In this document: one piece after another, positions 48,283 through 57,796 of the stretch | Layout of the letters: each line of letters opens with the position of its first letter | How positions within the stretch are numbered: position 1 is the stretch's first letter | NCBI GenBank assembly: GCA_964452145.1 | Contig: CAYVLA010000004.1 | Location: 1 to 64,000, forward strand | Origin: Candidatus Hadarchaeota archaeon | GTDB lineage: Archaea; CAYQAE01; CAYVLA01 | Reading direction: 5' to 3' | DNA length: 64,000 nt | Translations under genes and position numbers: made by a program | The notes under the pieces: generated by a model | Databases searched by the model: none | Told to the model about the DNA's origin: nothing | The model's input: only the letters and a program-made list of their open reading frames with translations

Positions 48283-49371
48283 TTGGCCGAGGATACCCTA
48301 GATGTCGCCCACAAGCTTCACGATTTTGGGGCAGGGATATGCGACAGGATCGAGAATCTCAAGCCGCCGAGCTTCCTCTACCCCTCGAAGGGCTTGAGCA
48401 ACGTGTACTACGAGGAGGAAAGCCGCCTCCTGAAGCAGGGGGGAAAGGCAAGCTCACGGATTTTCCTTAACCTGGCCCACACGAGGAAGTTCATGCAGAC
48501 CCTGATGATCGGCGCTCGGTGTAAGGACCTCATCCAGGAGTCCAAGACAGCAAGCATCAGGGAACTCTACTATCAGCTCAAGCACAGCCTGCCCGGCCCC
48601 AAGGAAGAGAACACGTTCGAGGATCAGACCGAGTCCGACGGCTGCGTGGAGGACCTCGAAAGGATGCTGGACGTCCTCCGGGAGCAGCTCCACCTCAATG
48701 CGGACAGAAGCGGGTACATCCACGGAAGGATCACCATCGAGGACTCCGGAGACATAATCGACTGTTCCAGGATGGGCAGCGGTGGCTATGCCATCCCGAG
48801 CAACATAGAGAGGCTGACGATCAAGCAGGTCGAGGCCGACTACGCTCTGGTCATAGAGACCAACGCCATGTGCGACCGATTGAAGGAGGAGAAATACGAC
48901 AAGAAGAACAACGCGCTGCTGATATCCACGGGGGGCCAGGCAAGCAGGGGGGCCCGCCGTCTGATCCACAGGCTGTCCAACGAGTTCGACCTGCCCGTCT
49001 ACGTCTTCACGGATGGCGATCCCTTCGGGTACTACATCTACAACGTTATCAAGTGCGGTTCGATAAATCTTGCATATCTCTCCGAGCGTCTGGGGAGCCC
49101 GGATAGCCATTTCGTGGGGATGCGGATGACGGACATCGACAGGTACGGCCTCGAGAAAGTCACGGAGAAGCTTGACCCGCAGGCCGAGAAAAGGGCGAAG
49201 GAGGAGCTCTCCTATCCATGGTTCAACACCAAGGAATGGCAGACCGAGCTTAACCTCATGCTCAAGAAGGGGGTCAGGATCGAGCAACAGGCCCTGGCCT
49301 ACAAGTCGTTGTCCTTCGTGGCGGACGAATACCTGCCCAAGAAGATAGCCGAAGAGGACTTTTTGCCGTGA
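48283..49371 (+). CDS. top6A: DNA topoisomerase VI subunit A
   Basis: SIRELYY (catalytic Tyr), NTFEDQTESD, TOPRIM IE..GQ..FTDGDPFG and IEQQAL. Confidence 0.93.
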   Translation: MAEDTLDVAHKLHDFGAGICDRIENLKPPSFLYPSKGLSNVYYEEESRLLKQGGKASSRIFLNLAHTRKFMQTLMIGARCKDLIQESKTASIRELYYQLKHSLPGPKEENTFEDQTESDGCVEDLERMLDVLREQLHLNADRSGYIHGRITIEDSGDIIDCSRMGSGGYAIPSNIERLTIKQVEADYALVIETNAMCDRLKEEKYDKKNNALLISTGGQASRGARRLIHRLSNEFDLPVYVFTDGDPFGYYIYNVIKCGSINLAYLSERLGSPDSHFVGMRMTDIDRYGLEKVTEKLDPQAEKRAKEELSYPWFNTKEWQTELNLMLKKGVRIEQQALAYKSLSFVADEYLPKKIAEEDFLP

Positions 49372-49383
49372 GTGTTTGGGGCT

Positions 49384-50373
49384 TCACAGGTAGCTGCTCC
49401 AGGCGTGGATGACTGCGCGGTCCGCGTCGCCGAAGCCTATGAGCACCTGATTCCAGTTGTAGTTCACGTCGCCCACCGCGTAGAGGCCCGGAATGGGCTC
49501 GCCGGCGGCCGTTACCACGCGGCAGTTCTCATCGACCACGATGTACCCCGCTTCGTCCGTCTTCCCGCCCATGGAGACAGCAAGTTCGTTGTTCACCCGG
49601 TAGATCCCCATGGCCGAGAATGCAAGATCGAAGCTCGCCTCACTCCCTCCCCCAAGACGTACGCCGAAGAGCCTCCGATCCAACCCGAAGAGGCCCTCTA
49701 TCTCCGGGCCGATTACATCCACGTATTTGGAGCGCAGCCTGGCGGCGAGTTCGTCCTTCTCCCCCGGCTGCATGTCGTCTCCCTCGAAGAGGTTCTTGCC
49801 GTTGGTGAGTATGGTCACCTTTCTAGCCTGGAACTGCAGGAGGTCCAAGGCGATGAGCGCCGCGATCTTTCCGTGACCGACCACGGCCACGTCCTTGCCT
49901 CTGGCCAGGTATCCGTCACAGATCTCACAGTAGCAGATGATGCCCTTGTTGGCGTAGGGAAACACCGGTCTGATGTCGCCACCGATCATTGGCTGCCTGT
50001 CAACGATCCCGGTCGCAATGATGACCACCCTGGAGACATACCTCCTGTCCTCTCCGCTGGGATGGTGAACTGCCTTCAGCACGTACAGGCCCTCACTCCG
50101 TTCAAGGTGCCTTCCCACCACGAAGTCGTCCATGCTGGCATAGTCGGCCTGCTCGGCGAGGCGCCTCCTGAGCTGGGAGTTGAGGTCCCTTCCAGATATT
50201 CCGCCCGGGTGGGCCGGAAGGTTGTGGAAGTTGGGCACGAAATGCCCTCGGCCCCACTTCCCTCCCTTATCAACGATGTGGACTCGCAGATTCAGAAGGG
50301 CCGCCCTGAAGCCTGCGTACAGTCCTACCGGCCCACCGCCCACAACCAATACATCGTATGCTTGGTCCTCCAT
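49384..50373 (-). CDS. Thioredoxin-reductase-like NAD(P)/FAD oxidoreductase
   Basis: VVGGGPVG, IATG, YCEICDG (CxxC) and GLYAVGD. Confidence 0.88.
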   Translation of the reverse strand: MEDQAYDVLVVGGGPVGLYAGFRAALLNLRVHIVDKGGKWGRGHFVPNFHNLPAHPGGISGRDLNSQLRRRLAEQADYASMDDFVVGRHLERSEGLYVLKAVHHPSGEDRRYVSRVVIIATGIVDRQPMIGGDIRPVFPYANKGIICYCEICDGYLARGKDVAVVGHGKIAALIALDLLQFQARKVTILTNGKNLFEGDDMQPGEKDELAARLRSKYVDVIGPEIEGLFGLDRRLFGVRLGGGSEASFDLAFSAMGIYRVNNELAVSMGGKTDEAGYIVVDENCRVVTAAGEPIPGLYAVGDVNYNWNQVLIGFGDADRAVIHAWSSYL

Positions 50374-50586
50374 TATTCAAGCCCGGCGACCCAGGCCCGC
50401 TTCTACAAAAATAAGTTTCCCAGGACGGCGGTTTCTCTAGTTCCCATCCAGTCCACGGTTGGTCATCGTCCGCGACCCGCCTCCCCGCCTCGCGCCGAGT
50501 AAGCGGCTGGGCGGAAACGAACGGATCTCGGAACGAACAGAGAGTGTAAAGGATATTAAAGCTACCGATCCCTCTCAAGGCCATCG

Positions 50587-51795
50587 ATGGCTACAAGGGA
50601 TGTCCGTATCGTTCCGCTAGTGCTGGTCTGGCTATTCCTGGGTTTCGTGTTTTCCCCGGTTTCGGATGCTGGGGATGTAAGGGAACCCATGCGGATCCTC
50701 CTTGCGGGGGATATCTTTCCCTGCCCTGTAATACTCCTCTGCGTCGTGGATCCCGCGTTTGACTACACGCCGATCCAAACCAGGGAGATACCGCATTCGG
50801 AGGCTCAGCGTTACATCAGGCTATACTTCCCTAGGACCAGAGAGGAGCTGAACGAGTACTCCATGCTCTTCTTCGTTGACAGCGACATGTCTCCTTTCAC
50901 CGTGAAGCAGATTGCGGACATGGTGGACTCGGTTAGGGAGGGATGGTGCGGCACATTCTGGACCTTCGGCCCCCATTACGGTAGCGTTGTGGCCTGTACG
51001 CTGGAGCAGGTAGTCCCGCACGAGATGTCGATGCCCTTTAACCAGTGGGCCTGGTCCACAGCGTTCTACAGGGTCTCCTTCCGCAGAGGGATGCCCCCGG
51101 TGTTCACCCCGTTCGTCGATCTGGGCGTCGAGAACGTGCAGGCCTACGGATGCGGGCAGATAGTCCCTAGGAGCGGCACGCTTATATGGGGCGATCTGGT
51201 GCCTTTCGGGTGGCCGTGGATGGTCTCATGGAGGTTCGGCGAGAACGGGGGCATCTGCTGGGTGGCAGCCGACGACCTCGACCATCCCTTCTGGAGCAGG
51301 GAGACCTACGGGTTCTGCCACAACCTGTATTCAATCGACATCCTTGCCAACATCGTCACCTACTCGGTCGGCAGAGAGCTTCCGGGGGATATCATGGTCC
51401 CCATCCACATCAGAAGAGAGTTCTTGGAATACCACCAGGCCAGAGGCCTGTTCGTGTCCATATTGGAGTTTGCCGAGAAGTTCGGGGCCGATACGAGCAG
51501 GCTGTACGGGGAGATGTTGGAGATCGACCGGGGGGTCGTCCGTAGGGCTAGGGACGGGTACTTGGACGGGCAGTATGATGAGGCGTTGGCCGACATCAGA
51601 GTGGGCAACCAGCTGGTGCGGGATCTTTGCGAGCGGGGCCTCAAGGCCCGGGAGCGGGCCCTTTTCTGGATCTTCCTCGTTGAGTGGTTTGTGGTGTCGG
51701 GAACCAGCATGGTCTCGGGGTTTGTTCTGTGGACCTTGATGATAAGGAGACGGATCTACAGGGAAGTTGGCACGACCAGGCTTCTGGGTGCCTGA
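50587..51795 (+). CDS. Secreted, C-terminally membrane-anchored protein, paralog family copy 3
   Basis: Signal peptide, RYIRLYFPR, ALFWIFLVEW..WTLMIRRRIYREVGTTR; ATATTAAA about 27 nt upstream. Confidence 0.8.
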   Translation: MATRDVRIVPLVLVWLFLGFVFSPVSDAGDVREPMRILLAGDIFPCPVILLCVVDPAFDYTPIQTREIPHSEAQRYIRLYFPRTREELNEYSMLFFVDSDMSPFTVKQIADMVDSVREGWCGTFWTFGPHYGSVVACTLEQVVPHEMSMPFNQWAWSTAFYRVSFRRGMPPVFTPFVDLGVENVQAYGCGQIVPRSGTLIWGDLVPFGWPWMVSWRFGENGGICWVAADDLDHPFWSRETYGFCHNLYSIDILANIVTYSVGRELPGDIMVPIHIRREFLEYHQARGLFVSILEFAEKFGADTSRLYGEMLEIDRGVVRRARDGYLDGQYDEALADIRVGNQLVRDLCERGLKARERALFWIFLVEWFVVSGTSMVSGFVLWTLMIRRRIYREVGTTRLLGA

Positions 51796-51926
51796 GGCTT
51801 GGCTGGACGATGCTAGCCCGGCCAGCACCGGTGGTTGGCGTTGGAGGCACGTGCGGTGCCGGCCAGCAGCAGCCGGGGTTGCCTTTTTAAGATCATGGCC
51901 CTCCCCTGCTGAACAGTCACTCGGAG

Positions 51927-53369
51927 GTGTCCACCATTTCGGGGATCATCGGCGTCTACTCCAAGCACGACAGAAGCACGACGAGGATCGCCTTCAAGGC
52001 CTTGGTGTCGCTTCAGAACAGAGGGGAAGCGGGCTGCGGGGTCTGCACGGCGACCGCGGAAAGGCTGCTCTACTGGCTCTCGCCTTACTCCGACGATCCC
52101 GAACAAGGCATCTCGGCCGAGGGGAGGGAGAGTAGCAAGGTCTTCGAATTCCTGTATCCACGCCTGGAGAAGATCGATGCAACGAGGCCCCGGGCCATCG
52201 TGGGTCATACGCTCTTCGAGAAGGCGGGGAACATCCAACCTTCGAGGATCAATGGCGAAGACTGTGAGTTGGCCATAGCCATGGATGGCACGCTTCTTGC
52301 ACAGGACCGCCTTCTGGACGAGAGATTCCTAGGCAGGGAGCTTCTCCGCAACATCCGGGACGAGGATGGGGATTATTTCAGGGCGCTCGAGAAGCTCATG
52401 ACCGGCATGTACGGAAGGGGATACTACTCGGCAACGGCCATCCTGAAGAAGGCGGATGAGGAGCCCGTCATGATCGCTTTCAGGGACCCCACCGGTGTTC
52501 GGCCCCTCTGTCTGGGAAGGGTGGGCGACGCCTATCTGGTGGCCTCGGAGTCTGTGGCCCTTGACGAGTGCGAAGCGAAACTGGAGGGATTCGTGGAGCC
52601 AGGGGAGGCATTCGTCGTAGGCGGCGACGGATGTCGCTCCGAGAGGCTTGTGAACAGGCCCCATGCTCACTGCATCTTCGAGTGGATATACTTTGCTCGG
52701 ATACAGTCGTTGATAGAGGGGATCCACGTCTATGATTTCAGGAAGAGACAGGGGGCAAAGATGGGCGCCAGGTACAGGGACGAGATAGTGCGCTCAGATG
52801 TTCTGGGGGCCTCGCCCGACTCGGGACGGGCCTTCGGCATCGGCGTGAGTCAGGCAACCGGCAAGTTCTCGGAGGAGATAGCCTCCAGAAACGGTAGGAG
52901 GACCTTTCAGATAACGGACAGGAAACTGCGGGACTTAGCGGCGGAGGTGAAATTCCTCATCAACGGTCCCATCGTGAACGGCAAGTGGGTCATCGTTACA
53001 GACGACAGCATAGTGAGGGGAACCGTCGGCGGGAAGGGCATGACCGGCAAGATTAGGGAGAAGGGCGCCAAGAGAGTCGAGATGATGGTGTCGTGCGCAC
53101 CTCTGACCGGTCCCTGCATGAAGGATTTCCACCCAAAGAGCACTACGGCCGCTTTCGGCAGATACGGAGAACCGGTGGAGGAAACTGCGGCGTACGTGTC
53201 CGGGAAGTTGGGAGCAGACAGGGTGTACTACACGACCGTGGAGGACATGTTGGACTCTCTTGGAACCGACGACGGCGTCTGCACGGGCTGCTTCACCTGT
53301 GAGTACCCCGTTCTGAAGGAATTGATGCCCGATTACCTCCCCTCGTACGCCCGGTCCACGGTATCCTAG
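51927..53369 (+). CDS. purF: Amidophosphoribosyltransferase-like protein lacking the N-terminal catalytic Cys
   Basis: RDPTGVRPLCLG, ASESVAL, HCIFEWIYFAR, DDSIVRGT and CTGCFT; N-terminus reads ISGIIG. Confidence 0.8.
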   Translation: MSTISGIIGVYSKHDRSTTRIAFKALVSLQNRGEAGCGVCTATAERLLYWLSPYSDDPEQGISAEGRESSKVFEFLYPRLEKIDATRPRAIVGHTLFEKAGNIQPSRINGEDCELAIAMDGTLLAQDRLLDERFLGRELLRNIRDEDGDYFRALEKLMTGMYGRGYYSATAILKKADEEPVMIAFRDPTGVRPLCLGRVGDAYLVASESVALDECEAKLEGFVEPGEAFVVGGDGCRSERLVNRPHAHCIFEWIYFARIQSLIEGIHVYDFRKRQGAKMGARYRDEIVRSDVLGASPDSGRAFGIGVSQATGKFSEEIASRNGRRTFQITDRKLRDLAAEVKFLINGPIVNGKWVIVTDDSIVRGTVGGKGMTGKIREKGAKRVEMMVSCAPLTGPCMKDFHPKSTTAAFGRYGEPVEETAAYVSGKLGADRVYYTTVEDMLDSLGTDDGVCTGCFTCEYPVLKELMPDYLPSYARSTVS

Positions 53370-53501
53370 CGGTGAAGTCCGTCAGCTCCGGGTAGCCCTT
53401 TATAAGCACCTTTGATCTGTCAGATGGCGGAGGCCAAAGTTCATCCGCTGAACGAAGGCAACCCCACATCTCCATCTGGGCATCACGCTTGGAGGGAGCA
53501 G

Positions 53502-54914
53502 ATGAAAGACAAGACAACCTACGCCCTCATGTTCGGCACCCGAGGCTTCTTTCCCGCATCTCTCGTCGCGCAGGCGAGGAGGGATCTCCCCGAAGTCCTT
53601 GCCCGGCTCGGCCACGAATCGATCATGTTGGATGAGAAGGCAACGCAGTACGGGGCGGTCGAGACATCCCAGGAGGGAGAGGTCTTCGCCAAGTTACTGC
53701 AGGATAACCGGGATAGATGCGCAGGCGTGATCGTGTCCCTTCCGAATTTCGGGGATGAGTCCGGAGCCGTCGCGGCCCTCAAGGACGCGGGGATGCCGAT
53801 CCTGATCCAAGCATACCCCGATGAGCTCGACAAGATGGCGCCCGAGTTTAGGCGTGATGCTTTCTGCGGCAAGATATCCATCATGGATGTCTTTCACCAG
53901 TACGGCATCAGATTCTCCGCGCTCAAGCCCCACGTCGTGGATCCCGCAAGCGATCAGTTTAGGGCCAATTTGGACCACTTCGACAGGGTGTGCCGGGTCG
54001 TCCGGGGGATGAGGGAGATGGTGGTGGGGGCCATCGGGGCCCGCACGACCCCCTTCAAAACCGTCAGGATCGACGAGATAGCTCTCCAGCGCCACGGAAT
54101 CACAGTCGAAGCCCTTGATCTCTCCGAGGTTATCTCCCGGGCCAAAGCCGTGTCGGAGAAAGGCGATTCGTACGAGGCCAAGGCGGCCCTCCTGAGGGAG
54201 TACACCTCATGGGAAGGCGTGCCCCCGGAGGCCTTCGTCGCGATCGTCAAGCTCGGCGTGGTCCTGGACGAGATCGTCCAGGAATGGTCGCTGAATGCCC
54301 TGGCCATCAGGTGCTGGATCGAGCTCCAACGCCAGCTAGGGATCTCTCCCTGCGTCCTGCTGGGAGAGATGAATGACCGGGGCATACCATCGGCCTGCGA
54401 GGTAGATGTAGGAAGCGCCATTGCGATGCGTGCCTTGAGCCTTGCATCGGGCAAACCCGCCGCATGCCTGGACTGGAACAACAATTACGGTCGGGACGAG
54501 GAGAAATGCATTCTCTTCCATTGTGGGCCAGTGCCGAGGGCGTTGATGAGGAAGCGTGGCACAATCACCGACCATGCCATTCTGGGCACGACGCTGGGAA
54601 AGGGATGCAGCTACGGATGCAATGTAGGGCGGATCTCGCCGGGCAAGTTCACGTTCGGAGGCATGCTCACCGAGGACGGGAAGCCGAAGTTCTATATCGG
54701 GGAGGGCAGATTCACCAGCGACCCCATCCCGAGCGACTTCTTCGGATGCGCCGGGGTGGCTCAGATCCGGGCTCTGCAGGATGTGCTGATTCATATCGGT
54801 CGCGCCGGCCATCGACACCACGTCGCCGTCACACATGGAACGGTCTTGGAACCTCTGAGGGAGGCATTGGAGAACTACCTTGGAATGGAGGTTGCCGTGC
54901 CTCAGGAGGAATAG
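53502..54914 (+). CDS. L-fucose/L-arabinose isomerase family protein
   Basis: RGFFP, LPNFGDE, RRDAFCGKIS, IRCW, ACEVD, FHCG and HHVA; GGAGG SD. Confidence 0.85.
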   Translation: MKDKTTYALMFGTRGFFPASLVAQARRDLPEVLARLGHESIMLDEKATQYGAVETSQEGEVFAKLLQDNRDRCAGVIVSLPNFGDESGAVAALKDAGMPILIQAYPDELDKMAPEFRRDAFCGKISIMDVFHQYGIRFSALKPHVVDPASDQFRANLDHFDRVCRVVRGMREMVVGAIGARTTPFKTVRIDEIALQRHGITVEALDLSEVISRAKAVSEKGDSYEAKAALLREYTSWEGVPPEAFVAIVKLGVVLDEIVQEWSLNALAIRCWIELQRQLGISPCVLLGEMNDRGIPSACEVDVGSAIAMRALSLASGKPAACLDWNNNYGRDEEKCILFHCGPVPRALMRKRGTITDHAILGTTLGKGCSYGCNVGRISPGKFTFGGMLTEDGKPKFYIGEGRFTSDPIPSDFFGCAGVAQIRALQDVLIHIGRAGHRHHVAVTHGTVLEPLREALENYLGMEVAVPQEE

Positions 54915-54923
54915 GCCCCGGCT

Positions 54924-56375
54924 TTAGTGTCGAGCCCTCTTAGCCTTCCCGCCCGCCCTGGTGCGGGGACCGAGCCGGGCCGCGCCCCGGGTGGTTTTGG
55001 TGGCAAGGTCCTTGCCGGAGGCCAGGCGTTCCTTGGCGCGAGGTATCTCGGCCGCGTACTGCGGCAGCCACTGGGCCTGGGCTACCAGCATCTTGTCCAC
55101 CAACTGCCAGATCTCGGGCGGATTGCACACCGCCGCCGTGAGGGGATCGTGGAGAGCTGCCTGTTTGAGCAACGTCGCGTCGCCTCGCACAGCCGCCTCA
55201 ACGGCCATTCGCTGCACCGAGACGCTGGCGCTACACGTCGCTGCGCAGGCCATGGGAAGATCGCCTACGACCGGCACGCTAAGTCCGTTGCCGTCGACGT
55301 AGCCGGGCACCTCAATGATGCAGTCATGAGGCAGGTTGGTTATCACCCCTCGGTTTTCGACATTGAAGTAGCCACGGTAGATGCGACCTGTCTCAAGCGC
55401 CTCTATGATGCGGCTGCCGTGCTCACCGGAACGCCTCCCGGCGGAGTAGACCGGTGGATCTGCGGCGAGCCACTCGGGGAACTCGGTCTCGAACCACCTT
55501 CGGGCCTCAAGGCAGACCCTCAGATACCCTCCCGTCTCCCCGTCGATCCACGAACCCAAGTCGATCCAGCCTCTGATCTCTCTGGGCCTCTTTCGATACC
55601 ATGGCACATACTCCGAGGCATGGCCGTTGCTCTCGGTGCAGTAATACCCGAAGCGCCGCAGCATGTCGATGCGGACCTTCTCGGTCTTGCTGTAGATGGG
55701 ATGCTTCTCGAATGCCTCCAGCAACTTGCCCGTCAGCTCCTCTCTTCGATGCTTGACCGAGACGTACCAGGTCTGGTGGTTTATGCCGGCGCATATCACG
55801 TCAAGCTCACCTTTCGGGATGCCGAGGACCTCCGCGATCTGGTGGATGCCTCCCTGCACGCCGTGGCAAAGGCCGATTGTCTTGACGCCCCCGTAGCGGT
55901 TGCATGCCCACGTGTTCATGGACATGGGGTTGGAGTAGTTCATGAAGACGCAGTCCCGCGCTGAGACGTCGCGTATGTCTCGGCAGAACTCCAGTAAGAC
56001 CGGGATGGTGCGCTGTCCGTACATGATTCCCCCGGGGCCAAGCGTATCGCCCACGCACTGATCCACGCCGTATGTGAGGGGGATGTCGATGTCAGTCTGG
56101 AAAGCCTCGAGGCCACCGACGCGGACCAGCGAGAAGACGTAGTCTGCTCCTTCTAAGGCCTCTCGCCGATCCAGTGTGGCAGCGAGCTTCGCTGGTTTGT
56201 CGTTGGCCTCGATGTCTCGCTTTGCGAGTTGATGGACCATGTCCAGATTTCTCTGGCTTATGTCTGTGAAGGCAAACTCGGTGTCGGCGAGTTCGGGTAC
56301 CGAGAGGATGTCCTGCATCAGTTTGCGGGTGAATGTGATGCTTCCCGCTCCGATCATCGCGACCTTTATGGCCAT
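54924..56375 (-). CDS. melA: Alpha-galactosidase, glycoside hydrolase family 4
   Basis: IGAGSITF, QCVGDTLGPGG, NYSNPM, GLCHGV, GINHQ and TESNGHASEY. Confidence 0.9.
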   Translation of the reverse strand: MAIKVAMIGAGSITFTRKLMQDILSVPELADTEFAFTDISQRNLDMVHQLAKRDIEANDKPAKLAATLDRREALEGADYVFSLVRVGGLEAFQTDIDIPLTYGVDQCVGDTLGPGGIMYGQRTIPVLLEFCRDIRDVSARDCVFMNYSNPMSMNTWACNRYGGVKTIGLCHGVQGGIHQIAEVLGIPKGELDVICAGINHQTWYVSVKHRREELTGKLLEAFEKHPIYSKTEKVRIDMLRRFGYYCTESNGHASEYVPWYRKRPREIRGWIDLGSWIDGETGGYLRVCLEARRWFETEFPEWLAADPPVYSAGRRSGEHGSRIIEALETGRIYRGYFNVENRGVITNLPHDCIIEVPGYVDGNGLSVPVVGDLPMACAATCSASVSVQRMAVEAAVRGDATLLKQAALHDPLTAAVCNPPEIWQLVDKMLVAQAQWLPQYAAEIPRAKERLASGKDLATKTTRGAARLGPRTRAGGKAKRARH

Positions 56376-56514
56376 GCCGATGGGGTTTCGGCCCAGCTCA
56401 ATAATTTGAGCTTCAACTCCGAGTCCACCCCGTGATCGGGCTAGTTGGGCATTGTGCCAGCTGCCATCCTCCCGTATGTGATCCGTTCAGCTGGGCCGAT
56501 TACCCTTCGCGCGA

Positions 56515-57516
56515 TCATGTCCCACACGGTAAGCTGTCCCGGTCGGCAAGGGCCAGCTGCGCTACGAGGGTCCTGTAGTAGGCATAGTTCTCGAAGGGAA
56601 CATGCTCACGAACCCTATTGTCGACCGTCGGGACGTATCCACCCGAGCGGATGAGGTGGGGGACTTTCGATAGGATCTCGGATCTGATCGCCGCCTTGTC
56701 CCTGGTCAGGACCTCGACGTCGATGCCGCCGATCAGGAGAAGCCTTCGTCCGTATCTCTCCCTGAGTGAGACATAGTCCTGGTTGGCGTTCCGGGTTCCA
56801 CCGCACTTGAGACCGTTAACCCCGGCCTCTAGGCACAAGGGGATCAGACTCTTCACATTGCCGAATGTGCTGAGAATGATCACGTCTATTCCGTGGCTGT
56901 GCAGCTTCTTGGTTATCCTTCCGTAACACGGTATCACGTACTTGTTGAAGAGCGAAGGAGGGATCACCGGGCCTCTGTTCTCGGCGATCGGCTCCCGTAT
57001 GACGGCGTAGTCGATCTCCACCTCCTCTAGCGCCCTCTCCATCGATCGGATCGAGAAATCGGTTATGAAGCCGGTCATCGCGCTGACAAACTCGGAGTCC
57101 AGATACATGAGCCGAATGAGATCCTTCAGTGTCGCTGGATCGGACACGTTGAGGGGACGAAGAAACCCGGGCCAAGCGTCTATGCCGAGGGGATGATCCC
57201 TCTGTCTCCATTTTTCGACGAGATCTTCCCAGTTGCTCGGGCATCTGGCCTCATCGTCCGGGTCATAGGATCTCTGGAGTCGGTAGAAATCCTTCCGGGA
57301 TCTGAGACGCCCTCCAAATCTCGGGATCATGTCGCGGTTGACGGGCACGGTCTCCCACGTCTCCAGACCGAAGAGCCGGGCGAGATCGCTGGCCTCGGGC
57401 ATTCCCTCTTTGTGCCACCGCCTCAACGTCTCTTCACCTATGTCATCGTCGTAGAACGGAACCCGGTCGGGATGGCCGAAGTGGAACGTGGCAATGAACC
57501 TCTCTCTGGAATTCAA
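56515..57516 (-). CDS. Uroporphyrinogen decarboxylase-like protein
   Basis: SRERFIAT..PDRVP, GNVKSLIP, IGGIDV and GGYVPTVD..VPFENY. Confidence 0.8.
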   Translation of the reverse strand: MNSRERFIATFHFGHPDRVPFYDDDIGEETLRRWHKEGMPEASDLARLFGLETWETVPVNRDMIPRFGGRLRSRKDFYRLQRSYDPDDEARCPSNWEDLVEKWRQRDHPLGIDAWPGFLRPLNVSDPATLKDLIRLMYLDSEFVSAMTGFITDFSIRSMERALEEVEIDYAVIREPIAENRGPVIPPSLFNKYVIPCYGRITKKLHSHGIDVIILSTFGNVKSLIPLCLEAGVNGLKCGGTRNANQDYVSLRERYGRRLLLIGGIDVEVLTRDKAAIRSEILSKVPHLIRSGGYVPTVDNRVREHVPFENYAYYRTLVAQLALADRDSLPCGT

Positions 57517-57796
57517 GGGAAATGCCTCTGAGTCCTGGGATCGCCGCCGGCTGACGGGTGGTCCCTGTTCTTCTGTGGGAGAGCCCGAGACCCGGTGATC
57601 GGCCTTCTAGCCGGTTCTTGCTGGCCGTCGGTCAATGCCTGGGCGAAGTTGGCTCTTAACTCTCTTGGGACATCATGTCGTCTCACAGACCGACCCTTGG
57701 CGGGCGACTGTGAAGGTCTTAAGCGTTGCTCGGCGTTCCGGAATTCCGGAGGACACACGTTTCAACCGATGGGTCCCGGTCCAACTGGCGGACTGA

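Noticed and set aside
25217..55964. Long antisense ORFs such as 25217-26161, 34740-35789, 48454-49287, 49372-50502 and 54927-55964
   Set aside because: They are shadow frames opposite well-supported genes, expected from high GC3 codon usage.
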